NCBI RefSeq assembly: GCF_006345805.1
Contig: NC_043008.1
Coordinates: forward strand, 77,934,001 to 77,998,000
Reading direction: 5' to 3'
From: Octopus sinensis
Lineage: Eukaryota
Length of the DNA stretch: 64,000 nt
Part shown: positions 40,909 through 53,666 of the stretch, piece by piece
Position numbering within the stretch: the stretch's first letter is position 1
How the letters are laid out: each line of letters starts with the position of its first letter
Program-made: the position numbers and the translations under genes
Notes under the pieces: generated by a model
Told to the model about the DNA's origin: nothing
The model's database searches: none
Seen by the model: only the letters and a program-made list of their open reading frames with translations

Positions 40909-41035
40909 CAGTTGCCATGATAGATCGGTGGCCACTACACACATCTATTCTTTCCTATTTTTCGTGAACTCTCCCCTATATATATATATATATATAATTT
41001 TAAAATAGGATAAAATATTCATAAGAAGATACATA
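40383..41035. repeat. Three tandem ~260-bp units built from conserved blocks separated by variable microsatellites
   Basis: TTGCCAT(G/C)ATAGATCGGTGGCCACTACAC...TTTTTCGTGAACT and AAAATAGGATAAAAT(C/A)TTCATAA each recur three times. Confidence 0.85.
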
Positions 41036-41065
41036 TATACATACATATATATATATATATATATA

Positions 41066-41458
41066 GGCGCAGGAGTTGATGTGTGGTAAGTAGCTTGCTT
41101 ACCAACCACATGGTTCCGGGTTCAGTACCACTGCGTGGCACCTTGGGCAAGTGTCTTCTACTATAGCCTCGGGCCGACCAAAGCCTTGTGAGTGGATTTG
41201 GTAGACGGAAACTGAAAGAAGCCTGTCGTATATATGTATATATATATGTGTGTGTGTTTGTGTCTGTGTTTGTCCCCCTAGCATTGCTTGACAACCGATG
41301 CTGGTGTGTTTATGTCCCCGTCACTTAGCGGTTCGGCAAAATGAGACCGATAGAATAAGTACTGGGTTTACAAAGAATAAGTTCCAGGGTCGAGTTGCTC
41401 GACTAAAGGCGGTGCTCCAGCATCGTCGCAGTCAAATGACTGAAACAAGTAAAAGAGA
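41066..41458 (+). mobile_element. Full-length tRNA-derived SINE
   Basis: GGCGCAGGAGT..TGTGGTAAG head, GGTTCAGTACC B-box-like, CCTTGGGCAAGT core-like motif, 3' tail GGCGGTGCTCCAGCAT..GCAGTCAAATGACTGAAACAAGTAAAAGAG. Confidence 0.85.
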
Positions 41459-41581
41459 GTATATATATGTATGTATGTATGTACGTATGTATGTATATAA
41501 ATATATATATGTATGTATATATATAAATATATGTATATGCATGAATAACTATATATAAATATATACATATATAGAAACATA

Positions 41582-42098
41582 TCTATATATATAAAACTGT
41601 AGTTGTGTGAGTGTCTGTCTCCTACGATTTAGATTCCTAACTCCTCCCACATTTTGCGGTGCAGTCTAACCAAATTCAGGTATCTTATAGTCGTGATTAA
41701 TATCGAGCCCGTCTGAGTATTAGCGCGCGTCTACGATGTGTCTACGATTTTAAAAATAATTTAACATCATTTTTTATTCCATTTTAATGCATAATTTTTC
41801 GTGTGTTGATGGCGGCGGAGTTGGCGTCCACGCTCAAACACCTGCACCTGTGTTTGCTTCTCCCCCTTCTTCCCTCCCTCTTGAAGCTGTGGAGAAGGGA
41901 GTTTAGGGAAATCAACGTCGTAATGCGTTGTCAAGGAGACCAGCGTTCTTTTAGAACAACGACTTCATGGCTTGAAGACACCAAAACAGAAATGGCTAAG
42001 AAAGCCCGAATTGGCATCTATAAAGGAAGTAACTCTCTAAAAATGCTTATATAGTTATTTCCCTTACAAACCCGAGCAACGCCGGGCGATACTGCCAG
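41582..42098 (+). mobile_element. Non-autonomous Helitron
   Basis: A|TCTATATATATAAAAC start, 3' hairpin CCCGAGCAACGCCGGG and terminal CCAG|T (CTAG variant); A/T insertion site. Confidence 0.75.
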
Positions 42099-42099
42099 T

Positions 42100-43000
42100 A
42101 TATAATATTTTATAATTATATACATAAAACAAGGGATGGGATTTATGCCTCACCACGCACTGTAGAAATAGACGCCAAAAGCCCCTATCGCCGCCTTAAA
42201 TTCTCTGAGAATAACGCACTATATTGTAGCAATATTATAATTAATATTTGAAAAATTTACTCCCCGATCGAAACTGTATTTACTGCGGCCCAGATCTTGA
42301 CACACTACACGTGGATATAAAAGATGTGAATTCTACTTTCCAGTATATTTCTACGAGTGTGGCTGGATACTGGCTATGCGAAGTCGCAGCTCACATGCGT
42401 ATTTTGGGATACTCGTAAATTTATGCTATGGAATACTGTCACTGACGATAGGCAACTTTAGGGTCTATTCCGTAAGGAATATAACCTTAAGTCCTTTTTG
42501 CTACCTTAAAATCTCCGAGAATAACACACTTTATTGTAGGTAAGCAAGAGAAAGTTAATGAATCAATAAAGCTGGTTAACTATAGATGCGTTTCGCAGTT
42601 AAATTAAAAACTAATTTTGCTGTTTCTCTTCGGCATAATATTCCGTATAACTTCAAGTATTTCAAAATATGCACGCGATCATCGTCTTCGCATATCCAAT
42701 ATCTACCCACACTCGTAAAAATATACTGCAGAGTATAATTTATATCATTCTTTTATACGCAAGTGTATTTTAAGAAACAATAAGTAAAATTATTCTTTAC
42801 TTCAAGTTTGAAACGCGTCCATAGTTAACCAGCCTTATTGATTCATTATTTTTCTTTTCCTTCCCTACAATAAAATATGTTATTCTCGGAGATTTAAAGG
42901 TAGTAAAAAAGAATTGTGTCTATTTCTTATGGTGCGTGGTGAGGCATAAATCCGACCCCTTCTTATAATTATGTATATAATTATAAAATATTTCATAAAT
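42100..43000. repeat. Older tandem-plus-inverted repeat with degenerate HHR motifs
   Basis: CCTTAAA.TCTC.GAGAATAAC at 42194 and 42504 with an inverse near 42880-42900; GAAACGCGTCcatag at 42810. Confidence 0.55.
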
Positions 43001-43730
43001 ATATATATATATATAAGTTCAGCAAAATTTCGATTCAAATAAATATGGTTAGATGCATGCACCAGAATTTTGTATGGTGTTATCCATATAGATCATTGGG
43101 GTGATTATAATCAAAATAAGCAACAAGAATAACTTCGGTAATTTCGTACGATCGTTTCACGCTACATCATTTTATTTAATGTTGTAAGTATTACAACAGT
43201 TTTAAAGTTTTGACCAATCATCAGCCATTAATAGAGGTTTTCCATTAATACATAATTTTCATATCAATTGTAACATTATAGAGAAGGTAGATATACAGAC
43301 AAAGATGTCGATTTAAATTTTAAGAACATTAAGGTAGTAGAGTTTATCAACTGACTGAAGAATATTCAGAATATTCAGCTGTTTTGATCCGCTAGAAGGT
43401 TTGGGAAGAATGATCAACTGAAAGGAGACAAGAAAGATTTTCTATTTATGGAAATAGGGGTGAAATAGATATCAAAGTTCTATATAAAGAAATTAAGGTA
43501 GAGAGAGGGTTGTAATGCTACAGAGGCTGTTTACTATTTGGCAAAAAGAGTTCGCATTAGGAAAACTAGATCAATGTCAAATGGTCACACTGACCACTCA
43601 TAGAGAATACAGAGATTCTTTTATACTTATATACATCAACTTTATACTTAGCTGGTAGATTTTGAATATTTTGATACGTTGGATTAAAGGAGAAATTATG
43701 AATCCAATATTTATTCATTTTGGAGAAAAA

Positions 43731-44568
43731 TCTACCACTTATTATGAGTAGGCATAATGCACATTAACTGAGGGCAAAAGTCTTATTAATCAAGGGGTCA
43801 AATACATATAATAGGAAAACTGGAAGAGGAGTAATCAAGAAGAAAGGTCTTCATAGGTTTAGTAGAGGGTGATTTATTTTTATGAAGAGAAGTAATTAAG
43901 AAAATAAATTACTTAGATTTCGTAGATAGTGAAATGTTATTAATGAATTAAAATATAGAATCTGTTAGACATAATATTTACTACCCGCGGAGAAAGGCTA
44001 ATTAGTTAGGTAAAAATATCCTAGGTTAATGATATATTAAGAAATGGAAGTGAGATAATCAAGGTGAACTGAGTAGTTTCTTTAGGGACATAGACTTTAT
44101 ACTATTTAGTATAGGAGATTATCAAAAACAAAGATGAAAAAATGGAGAATTTAATTCCAAGTTTGCAATGAGGTTTTCTAGTAATCTATGTGTGTTGAAT
44201 TAAAAACCAGTATGGTATATTTATTCTTATTTGGTTATCAAGAATTAGAATTTGAAAAATTTAGGAATAGTCACCATATTATTAACTAAAATATTTAAAC
44301 GTACGGGCTGTGCGATGTATGCAAGATGCTCCAAGCTCCGAACCATTATTTAACAGATTTGTATTACTCCTATGTTTTAAAATTTCATATGTTTCCATAG
44401 AACAAAGTTCACATCATCTCTACTATTTTTATAAGGCCGTGCATTTCTTACTATATCCCATTTCAGGTTGAATTCTATATTATTTGTTTTCAGTTCCCAA
44501 ATTTTACTAGACAATGTTGTGCAACCTGCTTTGTGTTTGAGCCTAAAGAAGGAAAGATGATTGTTATA
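43731..44568 (-). mobile_element. PLE 3' fragment (GIY-YIG C-terminus + 3' UTR), left arm of inverted pair
   Basis: Reverse complement of 47303-48150 with high identity by eye. Confidence 0.8.
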
Positions 44569-44755
44569 AATATTATAAAATAATTTCTAAGAAATCAGTA
44601 ATAATATCATATTCTACTCTTCCAAATATGGCTACCATAATAGCTAGACTTACTAGAAAAAATTTAAAGTTAGCTAGAGATAGAATAGAAAGTAACAACA
44701 ATAATAATAGTACTAATAATAATAATGATGATGGTGATAATAATAATAATAATAA

Positions 44756-44819
<64 letters not shown>

Positions 44820-44844
44820 TAAAATAATAATAATAATAATAAAA

Positions 44845-46180
44845 TAATAAGATAATAGGTATCAACACTTTAGCTGTCCCAGTTATAAGTTATAGCTACA
44901 ATATCCTTAACTGGACACGAAATGAACTGTCCAAAATAGATAGGAAAACAGAAAAATACTACTGACAGGATTTAGGATGCATCACCCAAAATCTGACATA
45001 GAAAGACTATATATTACAACGTATAGAAGTTGTAGAGGCCTTATAGGGCTGGAACAGCTGGAAAACTACTATAAAATAACCACCATAGGACTGCAAAAAT
45101 ACCTACTTCAGAAGGAAGGAAAACTGATCCAGATAGCATCAAAACACGAGCAAAACAAAAAACTGTTCTCAGTATTTAAGGAAGCTGACAAATACAAACA
45201 AGAAATCATACCAACTAATAAACACAAAGAAGAAGAAGAAGATGATGAAGAAACAACAAAAGCTATAAAACAAATGAAATCCAAACTAAAAATAGAACAG
45301 CAACGAACCATGATAAAACGATGGCAAGAAAAGGCCCTCATGGTAAACTACTGCACTAAACTAAACGCAAAAGAAATAGACAAAGAAAAATCCCAGCAAT
45401 GGTTGAGAAGCTCAGGACTCAAAGCAGAGACAGAGGGATTTTTAATTGCAGCACAAGACCAAAGCCTCCCCACCAGAAATTACCAAAAACATGTAATGAA
45501 AAGAAATATTACAAGTAACTGCAGAATATGTGGAGATGGACAAGAACAATAAATCATATTATCTCTAGCTGCCCAGTCCTGGCTAAGAAGGAATATATTC
45601 ACAGACATGACAGAGTTGGAACCTACATACATTGGAAGCTATGCCAACATTATGGAATAACAACAGAAAAAACATGGTATTGGCACACACCAGAAAAGGT
45701 CACAGAAAACGAGAAAGCAACCATACTCTGGGATATGCCGATACACACAGATAGAGAAATTAAGGCCAACAGATCAGATATAGTTGTCAGAGATCATGAA
45801 GAAAAAAAATGCTTTCTAATTGATGTATCAATACCGGCAGATGACAACGTTTCTCTAAAAGAAATGGAGAAACTCTCAAAATACAAAGACCTGGAAATAG
45901 AGGTAACTAGAATGTGGAACCTGAAAACAGAAACAATCCCTATCATAGTAGGTGCATTAGGCATGATAAAAAAAATATTCAGACAAATACATAACAAAAA
46001 CACCAGGACTTACAAACACATATAACATACAGAAATTGCACTACTAGGCACTGCACACATCCTACGCAGAACACTTTCCATGCAATAACCATCAGAGCAT
46101 CACAACAAATGACAGCACATACCTAAAAAACAGAGCTGCGCTCGGTAGTGAAGTGAAAGCACGCTATAAAAATAAAACTA

Positions 46181-46183
<3 letters not shown>
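44845..46183 (+). mobile_element. 5'-truncated R4/Dong-like non-LTR retrotransposon (RLE endonuclease) in (AAT)n
   Basis: INTLAVPVISY, DIERLY..GLIGL, KAETEGFLIAAQDQ, CCHC knuckle CRICG...HIISSC, RHDRV, NRSDIV, LIDVSIP, KYKDL, PIIVGALG; AAT arrays on both sides. Confidence 0.85.
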
Positions 46184-46223
<40 letters not shown>

Positions 46224-46238
46224 TAATAATTATAATAA

Positions 46239-46774
46239 GGCAGTGGCTCTCATGGCTTCTGATCTTAACTGATTGGAAGTGTTATCATGTAAATTGTTTT
46301 GTCTTGGTATAAAAGACGGGCTACAACAAATATTCTGCTCAATACCACAGATTTGCTTGTCAGTTGTTTGACTTTAACCAGTTGTGCATGTCCCTTGGTG
46401 GCTGACGATATGTGCATCTCTGATCACGAGCAGAAGTAGTGGGGAGCATCATAGCCATGTGTTGAGAGGGATTCTTTGGGGTTTGAATAATTCACCTCTG
46501 AAAACATGGGTGTTTCGTTCAACATTCTTAAACAACCCTTATTCAGGGACCTTTTGAGCGGGATGGGTTACTCGATCTGAAGGAAATTCTAACTGGGCCC
46601 CACCTGCAAGGTCATGTGCTGTTTATCTTGATATGAGATCACCATGTCGCGCACATATGGTTGTGATGCATGTGCCTGGTGTACCCTTATCAGACGGGTA
46701 GTCATGATGGGTATACTGGGCTTCGTATATTTTACCCCAGTGTCACTTTGATGGCATGCTCTGCTCGCTCACTC
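46239..46774. mobile_element. Non-coding repeat embedded in (AAT)n, longer copy of the 9332 element
   Basis: Reverse-complement match to 9332-9719 with extra internal sequence. Confidence 0.7.
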
Positions 46775-46894
46775 AATAATAATAATAATAATGATTATAA
46801 TAATAATAATAATGATGATGATGATAATAATGATAATAATAATAATACTGATATTTATAATGATGATGATAATAATAATAATAATAATAATAAT

Positions 46895-46940
<46 letters not shown>

Positions 46941-47302
46941 TAATAATATAAATAGTGATAATAACAACATCAATAATATAGGTAGTATAAATAAAAATGT
47001 ACTAGGTGAAGATAGTGAGAATGGATTAATAACTTGTAACCCAGTTAATATAACAACGTAACTACTATTTGATAAAATAGCACTAATACTAATAACAACT
47101 CAAATAACAGAAATGAAAACGAATTGTCCATAAATAATACTAGTACCAAGAATTATCCCCCCTGTTGTAATTGTAAATTACATCGAATTGTCCGGTATCT
47201 GGCCGCTGTTTGGTTCAAAATGTGATTTATAAATGTACAATAGTGATTTCAAATAACAACTAACTTTATTTCGGTTGTTCGGTAGATTTTTAAAAAACCC
47301 GT

Positions 47303-48149
47303 TAAAACAATCATTTTTTCCTCCTTTAGATTCAAACACAAAGCAGGTTGCACAACATTGTCTAGTAAAATTTGGGAACTGAAAACAAATAATATAGAAT
47401 TCAACCTGAAATGGGATATAGTAAGAAAAGCACGGCCTTATAAATATAGTAGAGATGGTTGTGAACTTTGTTCTATGGAAACATATGAAATTTTAAAACA
47501 TAGGAGTAATACAAATTTGTTAAATAACCGTTCGGAGCTCAGAGCATCTTGCATACATCGCACAACCCGTACGTTTAAATATTTTAGATAATAATATGGT
47601 GACTATTCCTAAATTTTTCAAATTCTAATTCTTTATAACCAAATAAGAATGAACATACTGGTTTTTAATTCAACACACATAGATTACTAAAAAACTTCAT
47701 TGCAAACTTGGAATTAATTCCCCCTTTTTTCTTTTGTTTTTTATAGATAATCTCCTATACTAAATAGTATAAAGTCTATGTCCCTAAAGAAACTACTCAG
47801 TTCACCTTGATTATCTCACTTCCATTTCTTAATATATCATTAACCTAGGATATTTTTACCTAACTAATTAGCCTTTCTCCGCGGGTAGTAAATATTATGT
47901 CTAACAGATTCTATATTTCAATTCATTAATAACATTTCACTATCTACGAAATCTAAGTAATTTACTCTTCTCAATTACTTCTCTTCATAAAAATAAATCA
48001 CCCTCTACTAAACCTATGAAGACCTTTCTTCTTGATTACTCCTCTTCCAGTTTTCCTATTATATGTATTTGACCCCGAATATATTCACTTGAATAATAAG
48101 ACTTTTGTCCTCAGTTAATGAGTATTATGCCTACTCATATTAAGTGATA

Positions 48150-48150
<1 letters not shown>
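47303..48150 (+). mobile_element. PLE 3' fragment (GIY-YIG C-terminus + 3' UTR), right arm
   Basis: SSKIWELKTNNIEFNLKWDIVRKARPY...CELCSMETYEIL...LLNNRSELRASCIHR, a typical PLE endonuclease tail. Confidence 0.8.
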
Positions 48151-48184
<34 letters not shown>

Positions 48185-48193
48185 ATATATATA

Positions 48194-48249
<56 letters not shown>

Positions 48250-48257
48250 ATATATAT

Positions 48258-48300
<43 letters not shown>

Positions 48301-48323
48301 TTATGTATATATATATCTATATC

Positions 48324-49261
48324 TTTACAAGATAAGGGCAGAAGAAAAATTCTAATGCCAAATATGCCGAAACAAAAAATTGTCGATAACCATTATAACT
48401 TATGCGTCTCTAAATAAACCGATAGAAATCTCTAAAAATTCGTTATTACCGTATTGGACCAATTACGGGGTTAATTCATAACAAAATTTTCCCCTCTTCA
48501 GCGGCAAATACGCAAGATATAAGTGAAATACTTACTCATACCCATGGAAAAAGCAAGCACTAAGTCCTGAGCAGACTTAAGTACCCCAAATATATCCAAA
48601 ATAGAAAAATCTTCGGCACACCTCGAGACACGTGTGATTCGAACTAGAGACTTTCACAGAGTGATAGAATCCGGAAGTAAACACTAATCAATTTATAATT
48701 AATATAGGATAAAAATTTTTTCGGGAAAAAATTTTTATCAATTGCTAGCATATCAAAAAATGCCTTTAAATGTTAAATTTATAAATAATTTACAAGATAA
48801 GGGCAGAAGAAAAATTCTAATGCCAAATATGCCGGAACAAAAAATTGTCGATAACCATTATAATTCATGCGTCTCGAGGTGTGCCGAAGATTTTTCTCTT
48901 TTGGATATATTTGGGGTACTTAAGTCTGCTCAGGACTTAGTGCTTGCTTTTTCCATGGGTATGAATAAGTATTTCACTTATATCTCGCGTATTTGCCGCT
49001 GAGGAGGGGGAAATTTTGTTATGAATTAACCCCGAAATTGGACCAATACGGTAATAACGAATTTTTTAGAGATTTATTTCTGTTTGTTTCGAGACGCATA
49101 AATTATAATGGTTATCGACAATTTTTTGTTTCGGGATATTTGGCATTAGAATTTTTCTTCTGCCGTTATCTTGTAAATTATTTATAATTTAACCTTTAAA
49201 GGCAGGTTTTGATATGCTGGCCATTGATAAAATTTTTTCCCGAAAAAATGTTTATCCTATA

Positions 49262-49270
<9 letters not shown>
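48324..49270. mobile_element. Non-coding HHR-bearing element: partial tandem (465-bp period) plus inverted copy
   Basis: TTTACAAGATAAGGGCAGAAG at 48324 and 48789; 48870-49270 is the reverse complement of upstream segments; (TA)n flanks. Confidence 0.7.
48993..49054 (+). ncRNA. Type I hammerhead ribozyme, intact core, AUA site
   Basis: ttgccg-CTGAGGA-gggg..cccc-GAAA-TTG-GAC-CAA-TA-cggtaa; 6-bp helix I. The mirror copy at 48446-48507 (minus) has GAAA changed to GTAA. Confidence 0.75.
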
Positions 49271-49354
<84 letters not shown>

Positions 49355-51073
49355 ATATACTTATGTATATATATACGTATGTATATATGTATACTTATCA
49401 ATAAATATATATATATATACTTATAAATATATATTATATATATATATATATATATCTATATCAGAAATAATTAAGATTCACTTGAATTAGGTACTTAAAT
49501 TCGGGCACTAATTCAGTCCGGTATTGTCCGCACTGCTCGAAGTTGGGTCAATAAAAAGCAAATAAATCACAATGATGTCCAGTTATTAGTGCATTACAGC
49601 CGTTTCAAGTTGCTCTGTTTAATCGATCAATGCAAGCATTACATCAATTAAAAATAACCCGCTATCCTTGGATGCCTAAATTCGTAATTTTTTTAGCAAA
49701 GTTTGCATCAGAACTAAAGAATAAAGGAATTACATTGCTCACTGAGATTATTGTAGCAGAATGAAATTTAGGGAGATAATACTTAAGGTCTACTACGATT
49801 TAGAGTGGCAGAGGAAAATAGCAATGGGTGTCAAGAAATAGTTGTGGTGATATAGCTACAGGCAATTTTATTCTCATCACAATCAAAAGATCCAATGCAG
49901 CAAATATTCTACACCCCCTTAGAATTAACACCATTGGGAATTGACTGTTAAGTTCTTGCTGCTGGTGATAAATATAATTAATGTCAGCTACGCTTCCCGA
50001 CACCTGTTTTACTGTACTTACATAAAAGAACATGCCTCAGAAGATGCTAGCAAGACAATAGTATATAGGTGATAACAGAAAGAGGGTCTAAAATAGAAAG
50101 CAAAAAACGGTCACAACTGGGCATTAAGGCATTAAGGGTTCCGGGGATATATACTTATCCAAATTTAGCAAAATTTATATATTATTATATTTTGTATAGT
50201 AAATAATAAAATTTAGAAAGGGATTTAAGCACCAAGTAAGAGAAGAAGGATACATGAAACAATCTGAGCCCTAAAAATGGAGTACTTTTATATAAAACAG
50301 AAACCTCATAATGCTTCATCCTAGCATAATGTTAAGGTTCTCACAATAAAACAATTCAACAATGAACCTATGATTAATTCAAATTTCATCCAAGAAGGGG
50401 TACACATTTTCTTTCAACTGAAAAACCAAAGATTAAGTGCTAAAAAAATTAGCAGTTCTACAAAAGATAAACTTATTTAAAGAAACTTTGGAAAATATAA
50501 GAGTGCATGTTATCCTGTGTGCATAGCATCACCCGTACATTTAAATATTGTAAAAACAAATAATATTATATTTATCGTGCTATGATTTGGTAGCAGAAAT
50601 TAACTAGTGTGTTAATAACATACTCGCTAATGTATGGAATTACATATAATACTGCCCTAATATAGCTCCTACCAGTTTATTCGGCATTGATCCTGTACTT
50701 AGATTACAGTGTTTTTCCTTCAGTTCTATCAGTCATAATCAGTATATTTACAATGAATTACCAGTTCTTACGCTTACCCTAGGAACTGTATGATTCAACA
50801 CACATCAGTACCTGTAATATTACATTTTACAAATATTTTATATAACCACATCCAATGGTACCGTTGTCTTACTGTATATATTTTAAAATTTGCTTTTGTT
50901 AAGAATACCTCGGCTAATCCTTATTTCATATTCCTTTACACTTTTTATATCCAGTATTTTATGGTTTTTACAATATAAAAGGTTAATCTTTATGTCTGCT
51001 TTTATTTTATAAATCCTTTTATTCTTTTTTTAGTTTATTTTATTTATTCTTTTATATTATTCATTTCTTTTCA

Positions 51074-51303
51074 TTTATTCTTTTACTTGTTTCAGTCCTT
51101 TGACTGTGGCCATGCTGGAGCACCGCATTTAGTCGAGCTAATCGATCCCTGGACTTATTCTTTGTAAGCGTGGTGCTTATTTATCGGTCATTTGCTGAAC
51201 CGCTAAGTTACGGGGACAAAAACACACCAGCATCAAGCGATGTTGTCAAGCGATGTTGGGACAAACATAGACGCACGCACACACACACACACACACACAC
51301 ACA

Positions 51304-51373
<70 letters not shown>

Positions 51374-51520
51374 TATATATATATACGACGGGCTTCTTTG
51401 AGTTTGCGTCTATCAAATCCACTCACAAGGAAGACACTTGCCCAAGGTGTCACGCAGTGGTACTGAACCCGGAAACATGTGGTTGAAGCAAGCTTCTTAC
51501 CACACAGCCACCCCTGCGCC
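51074..51520 (-). mobile_element. tRNA-derived SINE, internally deleted
   Basis: Reverse complement of the 41066 family (head GGCGCAGGGGTGGCTGTGTGGTAAG; tail CAGTCAAAGGACTGAAACAAGTAAAAG). Confidence 0.8.
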
Positions 51521-51680
51521 TATTGTGTTTTGTATACCTATTTATCCTCGTATATACTGGTGTAAGTTCTATGGATTGTGAAGGGGTTTGTAACTTCTTT
51601 GTATAGTTAATCATGGTACAATAGAATATAGTATTTATATTTATCTATTTGTATTTACATTTTATAATTATAAATTATAA

Positions 51681-51739
<59 letters not shown>

Positions 51740-51832
51740 TAATGATCCGTGAAGAAAATCCAACCCCCAAAAAAACTCCAACTGGTGAGAGATAAATAAT
51801 ATTTATTTAAATAACACAAAACATGTATCAAA

Positions 51833-51885
51833 GCACTACTAATAGTTTCATATGTTGAGAAAACTCAAACATATTCTTCAGGCGC
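51833..51885 (-). ncRNA. Type I hammerhead ribozyme in PLE 3' region
   Basis: Minus strand: gcgc-CTGAAGA-atatgtttgag(tttt)ctcaacatat-GAAACT-ATT-AGTA-gtgc. Confidence 0.7.
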
Positions 51886-52159
51886 AAACCACATATCATA
51901 ACAAACTAGAGAATGTGAATAATAGAAGAAGCGCGAAAACACTGAGGAGGCAGCAATTAGAAAACGCAGACAGAAAACAATGGAAAACGAAAGACGGAGG
52001 ACGAAAACATAAGCTAAAATGTCAAGAATATAAAGTAAAAGGTAAAAGATCTATCCTCCTTAGACCTTAAATGATAAGGCTGGAAAGATATCAAGTCAGT
52101 CAGGAATGGGTGGAATTTTCCCAATTCTTCAGAATATATTTAGGGATCTTAGATCTGAA

Positions 52160-52600
52160 CAGGGTCTGCGCTCTTTCAACCTAACAAGATCTACATTTAT
52201 TCGATTCATTCACACAAGGTATGGCTTTCTCAATTACTTTCCATTTAATGGCATGCGGTGTTTCGTTATCTTCTAAAGTCCATACATAGCTAACCAACTT
52301 AGTAGCGTTACTTTTGTCTCTCTGTCGGAAGGAGGCTATGTCATAGGCATAGTGGTTTTTTAAAATCTCCTTTACATAATTCAAGATAGATCTTATCAAT
52401 TCTATTATAATATTATTATTTAGGATTGCAGTATCTTCTGCCTTATTTATGATAGATTTAGTTATACATCATTGGTCAAGTGGACAGGATGATGGGTCGC
52501 GACAGTTGTAGCTGGATTCAGGTTCTTGGTGCTGACCACCAGTAATGATACTTTTCATACTGGGGCAGCAGCTATATGATAATTTCAGAGAAAGCCTATC
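52160..52600 (-). mobile_element. Decayed PLE GIY-YIG fragment
   Basis: HYAYDIASFRQRDKSNATKLVSYVWTLED...IKWKVIEKAIP...KCRSC. Confidence 0.7.
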
Positions 52601-52854
52601 AAATATATTCCTGCATTTGAGAGTGGATGGAAAGTGTTTATCTATATATATATATTTTATTGGAGATTAAACAACAAAAAAACAACGGAATATATTACAT
52701 ACTTGTATATATATATATATATGATGATAATAATAATAATATTAATAATAACAGTAGTAGTAGTAGTAGTAGTAGTAGTAATAATAATAATAATAATAAT
52801 AATTATTATTATTATTATTATTATTACTATTATTATTATATATACATACATACA

Positions 52855-53447
52855 TTAAAAAACCTGTAGAAAATAAACACACATTTATATACAATACTTT
52901 GTATACACAGACGAACGGAAAACACAGGTCACCAACTCCTCTTTAGTAACCGGTCAGAGGGTCAAACACAATTTCGGCCATTATCAATAACATTGCTTCC
53001 ACTCTAGGGTCACCGACAAGAAACTTACCGGGAACTGGATTAAAACATAATAAAACAATAATAAGAATAAAGGCTTAGGGCCACCCGAAGACATTCATTT
53101 CTCCTTCGCGTCACCCATTCTTGTCTTAACTTGCACCCCTAAGGTTTTTTTGCTGTACATGTATTATCATTTTAATTATTGCCTCCGTGTGGCCCTAAGC
53201 CTTTATTCTATTTATTGCTTTGTTATGTTTTAGTCCCATTCCCGTCAAGTTTCTTGCCGGTGCCTCCAGAGTGGAGGAAATTTTATCGATAGTGGCTGAA
53301 ATTGAGCTTGAGTCTCTGACTGATAACTGAAGAAGAGTTGGTGACCTTCTGTGTTTTCCTTTCCTCTGTGTACTTAGTAAAATCTCTTAAGTTTATTTTC
53401 TACAAGCTTTTTTAATTACACAGACACACACACACAGACACCACATA

Positions 53448-53484
<37 letters not shown>

Positions 53485-53590
53485 ACAGGCAGGTACGTCA
53501 TGTTTTCCTTTGTTTTTTATTAATCCTGAAAATATTATTTGTAACGCACGCAATCATTATTGTTTTTTACCGATATATATATATTATATA

Positions 53591-53666
<76 letters not shown>

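Noticed and set aside
40383-41035. Repeat-spacer-like pattern suggestive of CRISPR
   Set aside because: Eukaryotic context, spacers are microsatellites, no cas genes.
41066-41140. tRNA-like sequence
   Set aside because: SINE head with A/B-box remnants; no complete cloverleaf.
49700-50950. Possible very old PLE or mitochondrial-like AT-rich segment
   Set aside because: Only faint endonuclease-like traces; no motif strong enough to call.
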